Positions 44,612 to 53,305 of a DNA stretch of 64,000 bases are shown here, piece after piece (positions within the stretch are counted from its first letter, which is position 1; each line of letters begins with the position of its first letter). The DNA is from Acidimicrobiales bacterium. GTDB taxonomy: Bacteria; Actinomycetota; Acidimicrobiia; Acidimicrobiales; Aldehydirespiratoraceae. Under the pieces are notes generated by a model. The model did not search any database and was not told where the DNA came from. It saw only the letters and a program-made list of their open reading frames with translations. Made by a program: the position numbers and the translations under genes. The stretch covers positions 3,245,773 through 3,309,772 of the forward strand of contig OY763490.2 of the NCBI GenBank assembly GCA_963667505.2, given 5' to 3'.

Positions 44612-45613
44612 TCAGCCGCCCGTGAACTCGGTGTAGGCGTCGAGGATCTCCTGGGCCCTCGCGGCGTCGTCCGGAGTCACCAGCTCGTAGGGCAGCTCCA
44701 GATTCGCCGTGGTGGTGCCCTCGACGATGTTGATGGGCAGATCGGCCACCGCCCTGCCCAGGTCGTCGAGTACGAGGGCGCCGCTGGCCCGGTAGATGCC
44801 GCCCTCGCCGCCGCCGGCAGCGAGGAGTTCGAGAGCCTCGTTCTGGCCGTCCATCCCGGCCACGAAGAACTCGCTGGCGTCGCGTCCCGCTCTCATCTGC
44901 GCCAGGACCGCCTGGTAGGCGCCTAGGGCGCCGGCGTCGTTGATGCCGATGATCATGGCGATGTTGGGATTGGACTGGAAGAACGTCTCGGTGCTGGTCA
45001 GGCCGGCGTCCTCGGCCACGACCTCTGCCTCGAGAGGAGCAACTCCGGTGGCCCCGACGATGATCTCCCTGATCGGATCAGTGCGCTGCGTGCAGGCCGA
45101 ACCGCACTGGTCGAAGGTGAACAGCACCCACGAGAAATCGTCGCGGTCGCCGGTGAAGTCCTCCTCCAGCCACCTGAGCGCCTCGTTCGCCACCTTCTCC
45201 GCGCCGGCCACGTTCTGGTAGACGATGGCTGCGTCGCCGTTGGGCACCTCGGTCGAGTAGCCGACGACGACGATTCCCTCCGCCTTGGCCTTGTCGATCG
45301 TCGCTTGGAGCGGTTCCACACCGCACAGTGGTAGGACCACGATGGCGTCCACCTGCTGGACGATGAAGTTCTCCACGTCTTGGACTTGCTGGTCGCAGTC
45401 GCCGTTGGCCGCGCCCTCGACGAACTCGTAGCCCCGTGACTCCGCCTGGATCCGGGCCGGCCCGGCCACGATCGGGTAGATACCGGCCGTCTCGTTGCCG
45501 TAGCTGAAGGCGATCGTCCCTTTGGACGAGTCGTCATCGCTGCCGCTGCAGCCGACAGCCAGCAGCGTCAGCGCCGCCAGCGCGGCCAAGAGACGAATGA
45601 AGCTTCTCGACAT
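44612..45613 (-). CDS. sugar-type ABC substrate-binding lipoprotein (RbsB-like periplasmic binding protein)
   Basis: Signal peptide and lipobox LTLLAVGCSGS. The ATG at 45613 is preceded by CAGGGGGA. The tracked ORF starts at 45640. Confidence 0.75.
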   Translation of the reverse strand: MSRSFIRLLAALAALTLLAVGCSGSDDDSSKGTIAFSYGNETAGIYPIVAGPARIQAESRGYEFVEGAANGDCDQQVQDVENFIVQQVDAIVVLPLCGVEPLQATIDKAKAEGIVVVGYSTEVPNGDAAIVYQNVAGAEKVANEALRWLEEDFTGDRDDFSWVLFTFDQCGSACTQRTDPIREIIVGATGVAPLEAEVVAEDAGLTSTETFFQSNPNIAMIIGINDAGALGAYQAVLAQMRAGRDASEFFVAGMDGQNEALELLAAGGGEGGIYRASGALVLDDLGRAVADLPINIVEGTTTANLELPYELVTPDDAARAQEILDAYTEFTGG

Positions 45614-45667
45614 GGGATCCCCCTGTGTTGTTTCGGTCACCGGATGGTGACGGTGATTGTGTGTCGA

Positions 45668-46516
45668 TCAGGCCGGCACGAGCGCGGGCATCGAGCGGTA
45701 GTAGTCGGCGTAGGAGACGATCTCGACGTCCATCTCCCTCGCGTAGGAGAGGAGGGCGCGGACCCACTGCGTCCCGGCCTCGTCGTAGCGGAGCATGGCC
45801 CAGTCGTGGAAGCAGGCACCGTAAACGAGGTCGTCGGCGACGATTTCGTCGATGGCGCTCCGCAGCACCCGGCCGAACTCCCGGCCCCGGTCGAGGCCGT
45901 TGGCCTCGAACCATATGCCGTCGAGCCAGTGCTGGAACGGGATCTCGAGGATGTCGGGATGCCCCTGCTCGGAGTACCAGAACGGCTGCGTCGAAATGGG
46001 CGTGGGGTTGCCCCCGTCGGGGCCGCGCCCCCATGAGCTCACGAACCGGATGCCGCACCGCTCGAGGATGTCGAGCAACTCGGGCCGGTCGCTCAGTCCC
46101 AGGTAGTGGCCGTGGGGCGTGCGCAGGCCGATGCACTCGACGCCGAGGTGCGTCTGTATGGCGGCCGACGTCGTCTGCAGCTCCGTCTCGAGCGCTTCGG
46201 CGGGCGAGGCTAGGAACACACCGCCGTTCCAGTAGTCGGGCTTGAAGAGGGCGTGGCTGTAGGTGTGCTGCTGGATGTCGATCAACGGATGGCGGACCAG
46301 ATCCTGGAACAGAGCGACGTGATGCACGAGAGTCCGGCCGCAAACGAATATCGTCGCAGGCGCATCGAACTCCTCGTGGTTTCGGAGTATCACTTCGATG
46401 CCCTTGGGGGTGGAGTCCGGCTCGATCGCCTGGGCCATCCCGTGATCGCCGAGTCGGGCGAGGCCCTCTCCTATGGCGAAAGACTCGACGTCGTAGCCGA
46501 CCAGAAGCTTCGCCAT
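45668..46516 (-). CDS. polysaccharide deacetylase (NodB homology) family protein
   Basis: MAKLLVGYDVE...ATIFVCGRT...IQQHTYSH. GGAAGGAG lies before the ATG at 46516. It sits between the ABC ATPase and binding-protein genes. Confidence 0.65.
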   Translation of the reverse strand: MAKLLVGYDVESFAIGEGLARLGDHGMAQAIEPDSTPKGIEVILRNHEEFDAPATIFVCGRTLVHHVALFQDLVRHPLIDIQQHTYSHALFKPDYWNGGVFLASPAEALETELQTTSAAIQTHLGVECIGLRTPHGHYLGLSDRPELLDILERCGIRFVSSWGRGPDGGNPTPISTQPFWYSEQGHPDILEIPFQHWLDGIWFEANGLDRGREFGRVLRSAIDEIVADDLVYGACFHDWAMLRYDEAGTQWVRALLSYAREMDVEIVSYADYYRSMPALVPA

Positions 46517-46564
46517 GAAGGCTCCTTCCTCGCGCTCTCTGGCTCTCTGCCGAACTGGCGAGAA

Positions 46565-46573
46565 TATAGTATA
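46565..46573. promoter_or_regulatory. TATAGTATA odd palindrome (candidate -10 element or operator), copy 1
   Basis: 9-bp AT-only-arm palindrome in the 106-bp intergenic region upstream of the deacetylase gene. An identical 9-mer occurs at 50479-50487. Confidence 0.3.
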
Positions 46574-46622
46574 GCTCCGGCTGCGGTACGGGAAAGTCGG
46601 ATGGGCCACTCGGCGGCGCCGC

Positions 46623-47369
46623 TCAGGCCGCGGCTCCCGTTGTGATGAGTTGGACGAGGTCCCGACTGGTTACATCGGCGAGTTCGATGTCAGCGACGGC
46701 CTCGCCGTGGCGCAGCACCACAACCCGGGAGCAGGCGTCGAGCACTTCCTGCATGTTGTGGCTGATCAGCACGACGGCGAGGCCGCGGTCTCGCAGCGTC
46801 CTGATGAGCTCTAGCACGAGGCGGGACTGCTCGACGCCGAGCGCGGCCGCCGGCTCGTCCATGAGCACGATCTGGCGTCCCCAGGCCACGGCCCGCCCGA
46901 CCGCGACGGCCTGCCGCTGCCCGCCCGACAGTTTCTCGATCGGGTGGCGCACTGAGCTGATGTTGATGTGCAAGCCCTCGAGGATCTTCTTGGCCTCGAG
47001 GTGCATGCGGCGCTTGTCTATCCACCCCGCGAGCCGAGGTCGGCGGGTGAGCTCCCGGTTCAGGAAGATGTTGCCGGTCACATCCAGCGTCTCGATGAGC
47101 GCGAGGTCCTGATGGACGGTCTCGATGCCCCGGTCGTGGGCGTCGCGTGGAGAGGCCAACTCGACGGCGGTGCCATGGATGAGGATCTCGCCCGCGTCGG
47201 GCTTGATGATCCCGGCGACGCACTTGACGAGCGTCGACTTGCCGGCGCCGTTGTCGCCGATCAGCCCCAGCACCTCCCCGGCCCGCACGCCGAAGCTCAC
47301 CTGGCGCAGGGCCTGCACTGCGCCGAAGGACTTGTCGATTCTGCGGACCTCGAGAACGAAGTCAGTCAT
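46623..47369 (-). CDS. ABC transporter ATP-binding protein (single NBD)
   Basis: Walker A GDNGAGKST, signature LSGGQRQAVAVGRA, Walker B IVLMDEPAAALG. Confidence 0.9.
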   Translation of the reverse strand: MTDFVLEVRRIDKSFGAVQALRQVSFGVRAGEVLGLIGDNGAGKSTLVKCVAGIIKPDAGEILIHGTAVELASPRDAHDRGIETVHQDLALIETLDVTGNIFLNRELTRRPRLAGWIDKRRMHLEAKKILEGLHINISSVRHPIEKLSGGQRQAVAVGRAVAWGRQIVLMDEPAAALGVEQSRLVLELIRTLRDRGLAVVLISHNMQEVLDACSRVVVLRHGEAVADIELADVTSRDLVQLITTGAAA

Positions 47370-48195
47370 GGCCGACGGTGACGTAGCCCTCGAGGGGCTG
47401 GATGAGGATTCCTCCGTCTACCGCGAGGAGCGCGCCCGTCACGAACTCCGCCATGTCAGAGGCCAGGAACACCGCGGCGCGGCCCACGTCGTCGGGCCGG
47501 CACAGGCGTCCGAGCGGAGTGCGGTCCACTATGCCCGCCCACTGGGCCTCAAGATCGATGCCTTGAGGGGCGCCGGCTTTGACGAACTCGATCGTGCCCT
47601 CGGTCATGGCCGCCCCGGGGCACACGGCGTTGACGCGGATGCCGTGGGGGGCTAGCTCCATGGCCAGCGACCGGGTCAGGCCCGCTATGGCGTGCTTGGA
47701 CGTCGTGTAGTGGGCCAGCCCTTCCGCCGAGGGCGCCTGGGCATCAACCGAGGCGACGTTGACGATGACCCCGGACCGGCGCGGCTTCATGCTGCGGGCC
47801 GCGGCCCGCGCGCACAGGAAGCCGCCCGTGACGTTCACGTCGATGATCCGAGCGAACTCGTCGCGGGGCATCTCGGTGGCCAGGTAGTTGGAGAACACGC
47901 CGGCGTTGTTGACCAGGACGTCCACGGGTCCGACTCGCGACTCGACGGCGTCGAACAGTGCTGCCACCGAGGCCTCCTCAGACACGTCGACGCGATGGCC
48001 GTGACAGGCTCGGCCGGTCGAGTCCGCCAGGCGGTCGGCCGTCGACTGGGCGGCTGCCTCGTTGATGTCGGCCACGGTGACGGCCGCGCCGGCCTCGGCC
48101 AGCCGGCGGGAGATGGCGGCCCCAAACCCTTGGGCCGCGCCGGTGACGATGGCACAGCGTCCCGCGAGCGACCACAGGTCCTCGAGGGGAGTCAC
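47362..48195 (-). CDS. SDR-family oxidoreductase
   Basis: TGAAQGFG, NNAG and YTTSKHA catalytic motifs. The GTG at 48195 overlaps the amidohydrolase stop (GTGA). The rest of the 680-aa tracked ORF is off-frame overlap. Confidence 0.85.
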   Translation of the reverse strand: MTPLEDLWSLAGRCAIVTGAAQGFGAAISRRLAEAGAAVTVADINEAAAQSTADRLADSTGRACHGHRVDVSEEASVAALFDAVESRVGPVDVLVNNAGVFSNYLATEMPRDEFARIIDVNVTGGFLCARAAARSMKPRRSGVIVNVASVDAQAPSAEGLAHYTTSKHAIAGLTRSLAMELAPHGIRVNAVCPGAAMTEGTIEFVKAGAPQGIDLEAQWAGIVDRTPLGRLCRPDDVGRAAVFLASDMAEFVTGALLAVDGGILIQPLEGYVTVGHD

Positions 48196-49517
48196 GGGAC
48201 GTGGCGCTCGAACCGAGCCGGCGCGTAGGGGCGGGCCTGCTCGAAGGGCATGCGTCGGGCCGGCGGGGCGTCGGGTCGCCACGGCCTGACCTCCCGCCCG
48301 CCCTTGACGACGCGCAGACGGCGCCGGTCGGCCAGCACCGCCACGTTCTCGTCGGGCCGTCCGTCGACGATCAGCAGGTCGGCGTACTTGCCCGGGGTCA
48401 GCGTGCCGATCATGGCCGAATGCGCCGGTGCTGCGACGGCCGCGTCGCGGGTCATGCACAACAGGGCTCGCATGTCGGTCATGCCGAGGTGACTGACGAA
48501 GAGCTCCAGTTCGCGGGTGTGCCACTGGCCATAGGGCGTCATGGCGAACCCGCTCTCGGATCCGGCCATCAGCGTGGCACCCTGCTCGTGGGCCTTGGAC
48601 AGGATGGACACGGCCGCGTCGAGCTCGCGCCGGATGGCGTCGTTGGCGGCGGGCCGCATGCCGCCGGCCTCGAGGGAGTTGACGAGCAGGGTCATGGCCG
48701 GCAGCAGCGGTATGCCTCGGGCCAGGACTCGGTCGAGGGTCTCGGTGTCCATGTAGGAGGCGTGCATGATCCAGTCGACTCCGGCGGCGGCCGCATCGGC
48801 GACGGACTGGCGCGACCGGGCGTGCATGGCCAGCGGGCGGCCGAGCCGGTGGGCCTCGCTGACCGCCAGTTCCAACTCGTCGAGCCGGAACGCGGCCCAC
48901 TCGGTGGTGCCCGGGCCGGACCCGGCGATCTTGACCATGTCCACCCCGTCCTTCACCTGGTCGCGTATCTCGTTCAAGAGCTCGTCCCGACCGCGGACGA
49001 GAGCGCCGAATGAGGACTCCTGGACGTCGATCCAGCGGGGCAGGGTGTCGCCTATGCCCTGCTGGGTGGTGATCTGCCTGCCCGCGGCCGAGAGCCTCGG
49101 GCCTTGGATGAGCCCGGCTTCCACCGCGTCGCGCACAGCCGAGGCGACTCCGGTCGGCCCGCCCGGGTCGCAGGCGCTGGTCACTCCGGCCATCAGGACC
49201 GTCTCGGCGCTGGCCGCCGCCCGGATGGCCCGGTACGGCGACGGCGTGTAGATGTAGAGCTCCTCCTCGGTCTGAGGCTCGCCGAAGCTGATGTGCATGT
49301 GGCCGTCGACCAGGCCCGGCATGACAGTGGCGCCGCCCGCGTCGTCGGTCGGGACCGTCTCGCCCCGGAACTCTCGGGGCAGGTCGCGCGATGCGCCGGC
49401 CCACGCGATCAGCTCGCCGTCGACCACCACCGTGCCGTCGTCGATCACGGTCTCATCGACGCATGGAAGCAGTCGGGCATTCTCGATGCGGCTCAGTTCC
49501 CGACCGGCCGCGCTCAT
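48192..49517 (-). CDS. amidohydrolase-superfamily metallohydrolase
   Basis: 441 aa with the MPGLVDGHMHI metal-binding motif. Confidence 0.8.
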   Translation of the reverse strand: MSAAGRELSRIENARLLPCVDETVIDDGTVVVDGELIAWAGASRDLPREFRGETVPTDDAGGATVMPGLVDGHMHISFGEPQTEEELYIYTPSPYRAIRAAASAETVLMAGVTSACDPGGPTGVASAVRDAVEAGLIQGPRLSAAGRQITTQQGIGDTLPRWIDVQESSFGALVRGRDELLNEIRDQVKDGVDMVKIAGSGPGTTEWAAFRLDELELAVSEAHRLGRPLAMHARSRQSVADAAAAGVDWIMHASYMDTETLDRVLARGIPLLPAMTLLVNSLEAGGMRPAANDAIRRELDAAVSILSKAHEQGATLMAGSESGFAMTPYGQWHTRELELFVSHLGMTDMRALLCMTRDAAVAAPAHSAMIGTLTPGKYADLLIVDGRPDENVAVLADRRRLRVVKGGREVRPWRPDAPPARRMPFEQARPYAPARFERHVP

Positions 49518-49594
49518 CGCTGGTCCTCCCAGCCGGCGATGACGGCGACCGTCTCGCCGACTCGCTGGCTCGGCTCCCTGCGGGGCGCGCTCAT
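49514..49594 (-). CDS. 26-codon mini-ORF (MSAPRREPSQRVGETVAVIAGWEDQR)
   Basis: ATG preceded by GAGGAGGAG plus a 5-nt spacer. Its TGA overlaps the amidohydrolase ATG (ATGA). Below the ORF-track length cut-off. Confidence 0.3.
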   Translation of the reverse strand: MSAPRREPSQRVGETVAVIAGWEDQR

Positions 49595-49611
49595 CTTTGC
49601 TCCTCCTCGGA

Positions 49612-50466
49612 TCAGAACGGGACGAGCGGGAAGTACTCGCCCCCTATGGGATCTCCGGCAGCCAGCCCGAGTTCGGCGTCACTGTAGTTGTACTCGTAGC
49701 GCTGCGAGCCGAGCCAGACGGTCCCGTCGCCCACGAATCGTATGACGAGGGCCCGCCTCGGACGGTCGCTCCGGTTGGTGCCGGACGCGTGCCACACGAG
49801 CGACGAGTGAAGCGACACCTCGCCGGCCGCGAGGGCGAGCGTCCGGACCTCGAACCCCAGTTCGCGGGGATCCCCTATGGGCTTGACCGCAGCCGGCCGC
49901 TGGTCTCGGAGGTACGGCGTGCCCGTGCCGAAGACGGCGGGTAGACGCTCCCCGGCCAGATGGCTGCCGGCGGCCATGTGCATCGCGCCGTTGTGGGCGT
50001 CGGTGTCGTCCAGCGCCACCCAGGCCGTCACCGCGTTGGGCTGGGCCAGCGGCCAGTAGGGGAAGTCCTGATGCCATTTCAGCTCGCCCCCCGAGCCCGG
50101 AGCCTTCGTGAGGGCATTGTCCTCGAGGAGCCGCACCTGGCGGGCGCCGATGAGCTGGGCCGCCCAGCGGGCCAGAGTGGGGTTGAACACGAAAGCCCGA
50201 ATCTCGGGCTCCACCCTCCACAGATTGAACAGGAACTCGACGGGGCCCGCTCCCTCTGGCCTCGGTTCGTCAGTGTCGGGCCACAGGTCGGGGTCGAGCA
50301 GGTCGTAGAGCCGTCCCTCGCTGCGCTCGCGGTCCTGCACCGAGGCCACAAGGCCGCGGATGGCCTCGATTTCCTTGTCGCCAAAGACGCGGCCTGGGCA
50401 CAGGAACCCTGATTCGTAGAACTCGAAGATCTCAGGACCGGTGAGAGGATCGCCGCGTGAGGTCAT
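49612..50466 (-). CDS. phytanoyl-CoA dioxygenase (PhyH) family Fe(II)/2-oxoglutarate oxygenase
   Basis: WHQDFPYW (HxD) and distal VSLHSSLVWHASGTNRS. Start taken at MTSRGDPLTGPEIFEFYESGF (50466). Confidence 0.75.
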   Translation of the reverse strand: MTSRGDPLTGPEIFEFYESGFLCPGRVFGDKEIEAIRGLVASVQDRERSEGRLYDLLDPDLWPDTDEPRPEGAGPVEFLFNLWRVEPEIRAFVFNPTLARWAAQLIGARQVRLLEDNALTKAPGSGGELKWHQDFPYWPLAQPNAVTAWVALDDTDAHNGAMHMAAGSHLAGERLPAVFGTGTPYLRDQRPAAVKPIGDPRELGFEVRTLALAAGEVSLHSSLVWHASGTNRSDRPRRALVIRFVGDGTVWLGSQRYEYNYSDAELGLAAGDPIGGEYFPLVPF

Positions 50467-50478
50467 CGACGGATAGGC

Positions 50479-50487
50479 TATAGTATA
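50479..50487. promoter_or_regulatory. TATAGTATA odd palindrome, copy 2
   Basis: Lies in the 43-bp divergent region between the PhyH gene and the cupin gene. TAGGCT and TAGTAT hexamers overlap it. Confidence 0.3.
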
Positions 50488-50509
50488 TCTTTCGTCACTG
50501 GTCGAGTGC

Positions 50510-50977
50510 GTGTGCTGGCACACCGAGAGTGCGAGGCCTGTTTCGCACTCCCACCCGAGAGGCAGGCAGAACTTGGGAGAGCAAGTCGTTCGAGCAGACA
50601 CGACGGAGCCCGATGACTGGTCCGACACGGCGTTCGCGCATCTCGACGTGCGCACGCTGATCTCGGAGGACCGCCTCGGCTCGGAGAGGGTGATGGTGGG
50701 TCAGACCATCTATCCGCCCGGAAGCACCCACGAGCACCACCTCCACCCCGACGCGGAGGAAGTGGTGATTGTCATTTCGGGCCGAGGCTGGCACCGGGTC
50801 GGGTCGGAGTTTTACGACATCGGCCCGGGCGACATCGTCTTCATCCCGGCCAACGCTGCGCACTCCGCGGGCAGCGACCCCGGCGAGCCGATGGTCATAC
50901 TCTGGATCCTGGGCGGCGTCCCGTCGCTGGAGAAGGCCGGCTACGTGGCCGTTCCGACGATCCATCGAAGTCGTTGA
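50510..50977 (+). CDS. cupin-domain protein
   Basis: GSTHEHHLHPDAEEVVIVISGRG...GDIVFIPANAAHS. Start uncertain (GTG at 50510 or a downstream TTG). Confidence 0.65.
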   Translation: MCWHTESARPVSHSHPRGRQNLGEQVVRADTTEPDDWSDTAFAHLDVRTLISEDRLGSERVMVGQTIYPPGSTHEHHLHPDAEEVVIVISGRGWHRVGSEFYDIGPGDIVFIPANAAHSAGSDPGEPMVILWILGGVPSLEKAGYVAVPTIHRSR

Positions 50978-52494
50978 CCGAGCTTTGGCAACTGGGGGTC
51001 CGCGGTCTGGCCCGTCTCTACGGTGCCCGTCAGGCAAGCCCCGTGGAAGCGCTCGAAGCCTCACTTGATCGCATACGGGCGGTGGACGGGATGGTCGGCG
51101 CCTTCGCATGCGTGCTCGCCGAGGCGGCCTATGATGCGGCTCGCCGCCGGGAAGACGAGCTTGTCAGGGGGGTGGTCCGCGGTCCCCTTCACGGCATTCC
51201 CGTCGCCGTGAAGGAGCTGTTCGACGTCGAGGGCGCCCCAGGCGACTACGGGTCCGATGCGTTGTCGGGCCGGGTTTCCGCTGCTGATGCCGAGCTGGTC
51301 CGCCGGCTGCGGCGGGGCGGCGCGCTGATTGTGGGCACGACTCGCTCCCACGAGTTCGGATGGGGCATCACCACCCAGCACGAGCGAAGGGTCGGCACTC
51401 GGAATCCCTGGAATCTCGATCGCGTTCCCGGCGGGTCCAGCGGCGGCTCGGGCGCCGCTGTCGCCTCGGGGATGGTGCCGGCGGCCGTCGGCAGCGACAC
51501 AGGAGGCTCGATTCGCATCCCGGCCAGCTTCTGCGGAGTGTCCGGGCTCAAGCCCACGTTCGGCCGGGTCAGTCGCACGGGCGGGGTGGCGCTGGCGCCC
51601 TCGTTCGACACTGCGGGGGCGCTGGGCCGCACTGTCGAGGACGCGGCGACGGTGGTGGAGGCCATGAGCGGCGCCGACGGCGTCGACCCCGCGTGCCCGC
51701 CGGATCTGCCTATTGCGAGCGCAATCCCGGTGCCGAGTTCGCTGGACGGTGTTCGCGTCGGCGTCTCGGCCGACCTGATGGATGTGGGGCTGGATGCGGG
51801 CATCGAGGCGGTCTTCAAGACCGCGGCGGGCGCCTTGGAGGCACTGGGCGCCGAGATCGTGGAGGTTGCCCTGCCTGACGCCGAGTCGATCCGAGCATCG
51901 TTCGCGCCCCTTCAAATGGCCGAGGCCTACCACGTGCATCACCGGTCGATGGGTCTGTACCCGCAGCGGGCCGGCGACTACGGCGCCGACGTCCGCTCGC
52001 GTCTCGAGGCGGCGGCCGACGTGTCGGTGGGCGACTATCTGACCGCCCAGAAGGAGCGCGGCCGGATCGTTGCGGCTTTCGAGCGAAGACTCAGGTCTCT
52101 GGATGCCATGCTGAGCCCGGTCTCGGGGGTCGGGCCGAGTCGCGTCGATGACAGTGATCAGGCTGTTTGGAACGGTCGGGCTCGACCGCTGCGCGATGCG
52201 GTGATGATCTATACCGTGCCCAACAACATGACCGGGCTGCCGACCAGCGTCGTGCCCGTTGGAGTTGATCCGGACGGTCTGCCGGTGGGCGTCCAGTTGA
52301 TGGCCGAACGCTGGCGGGAGGACAAGGCTGTGGAGATTGGCGAGGCGCTGAGGCTGGCCGTCGAACCAGCCGTGGCGGCATTCCCCGAGCCCGGCGGTCG
52401 CTCCGGCGCGAGAACGGCAAGGCCGGAGTCTCGGAGGCATCCCGAGCCCGGAGGCGCCGGGGCGGCTCTTCCGGTCGGAACGGCAAGCGGATAG
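50974..52494 (+). CDS. amidase (amidase-signature family)
   Basis: GGSSGGSGAAVASG...GSDTGGSIRIPA. TTG start overlaps the cupin stop. Confidence 0.85.
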   Translation: MTELWQLGVRGLARLYGARQASPVEALEASLDRIRAVDGMVGAFACVLAEAAYDAARRREDELVRGVVRGPLHGIPVAVKELFDVEGAPGDYGSDALSGRVSAADAELVRRLRRGGALIVGTTRSHEFGWGITTQHERRVGTRNPWNLDRVPGGSSGGSGAAVASGMVPAAVGSDTGGSIRIPASFCGVSGLKPTFGRVSRTGGVALAPSFDTAGALGRTVEDAATVVEAMSGADGVDPACPPDLPIASAIPVPSSLDGVRVGVSADLMDVGLDAGIEAVFKTAAGALEALGAEIVEVALPDAESIRASFAPLQMAEAYHVHHRSMGLYPQRAGDYGADVRSRLEAAADVSVGDYLTAQKERGRIVAAFERRLRSLDAMLSPVSGVGPSRVDDSDQAVWNGRARPLRDAVMIYTVPNNMTGLPTSVVPVGVDPDGLPVGVQLMAERWREDKAVEIGEALRLAVEPAVAAFPEPGGRSGARTARPESRRHPEPGGAGAALPVGTASG

Positions 52495-52504
52495 GAGTTC
52501 TGGC

Positions 52505-53305
52505 ATGCCCTATGCACAGTCCGGCGACGCTCGGATCTATTTCGAGCAGCACGGCGAGGGTTCGGGCCCGCCCCTGGTACTGATACGGGGCACCGGCGCC
52601 GACGGGACTCGCTGGATGCCTCAGGTCGAGGCTTATTCGCCCGAAGTACCGTGTGTGATCTTCGACGGACGGGGCGTCGGCCGAAGCGAGACGACGCCGG
52701 CGCCGTACACGGTGGAGCAGATGGCCGGGGACACCCTTGCCGTGATGGATGCGGCTGGCGTCGATGCAGCCCACATTGCCGGCTCGTCGTTGGGAGGGGC
52801 CATCGGCCTCCACCTGGCCGTTCATGCTCCCGCTCGGGTGCTAACGCTGCAGCTGCACTCGAGTTGGCTGGCTACCCGAGGATTCTCCGCCTACTCGCTC
52901 GGCCTGCTGAAGAAGTTCCTCGTGACGGGGGGGACCGACTTCTACTACGAGGCGACCCTGCCGCTGCTGTTCAGTTGCTCCTTCATGATGGACAACTTCG
53001 AGGACCTCATGAAGATCCTTGCCCACATGCAGGCCAACTCCGCCACCAGGGAGGGGCTGCTCGGGCAGATCGAGGCCAATCTCAGCTATGACCTGAGCGC
53101 CGAGGCCGGGCGGGTGCAGGCACCCACCCTGATAACCGTCGGCGACCAAGACTATGTGCTGCCGGTGTCGTGCTCCCGGGAGCTTCACTCCGCCATCGAG
53201 GGATCGGAACTTGTCGTCTTCGAGGGCTGCGGGCATCTCGTCACGATGGAGAACTCCGAGGAGTTCAATCGGGTCACGCTCGACTGGCTGCGGCCGCACC
53301 TCTAG
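52505..53305 (+). CDS. alpha/beta hydrolase (enol-lactonase-like)
   Basis: HGEGSGPPLVLIRG, nucleophile elbow GSSLGGAIG, C-terminal GCGHL. Confidence 0.8.
   Translation: MPYAQSGDARIYFEQHGEGSGPPLVLIRGTGADGTRWMPQVEAYSPEVPCVIFDGRGVGRSETTPAPYTVEQMAGDTLAVMDAAGVDAAHIAGSSLGGAIGLHLAVHAPARVLTLQLHSSWLATRGFSAYSLGLLKKFLVTGGTDFYYEATLPLLFSCSFMMDNFEDLMKILAHMQANSATREGLLGQIEANLSYDLSAEAGRVQAPTLITVGDQDYVLPVSCSRELHSAIEGSELVVFEGCGHLVTMENSEEFNRVTLDWLRPHL

Noticed and set aside
47362-49404. 680-aa minus-strand ORF
   Set aside because: Only the last 277 aa (SDR) are credible. The rest overlaps the amidohydrolase gene in another frame with Arg/Pro-rich junk translation.
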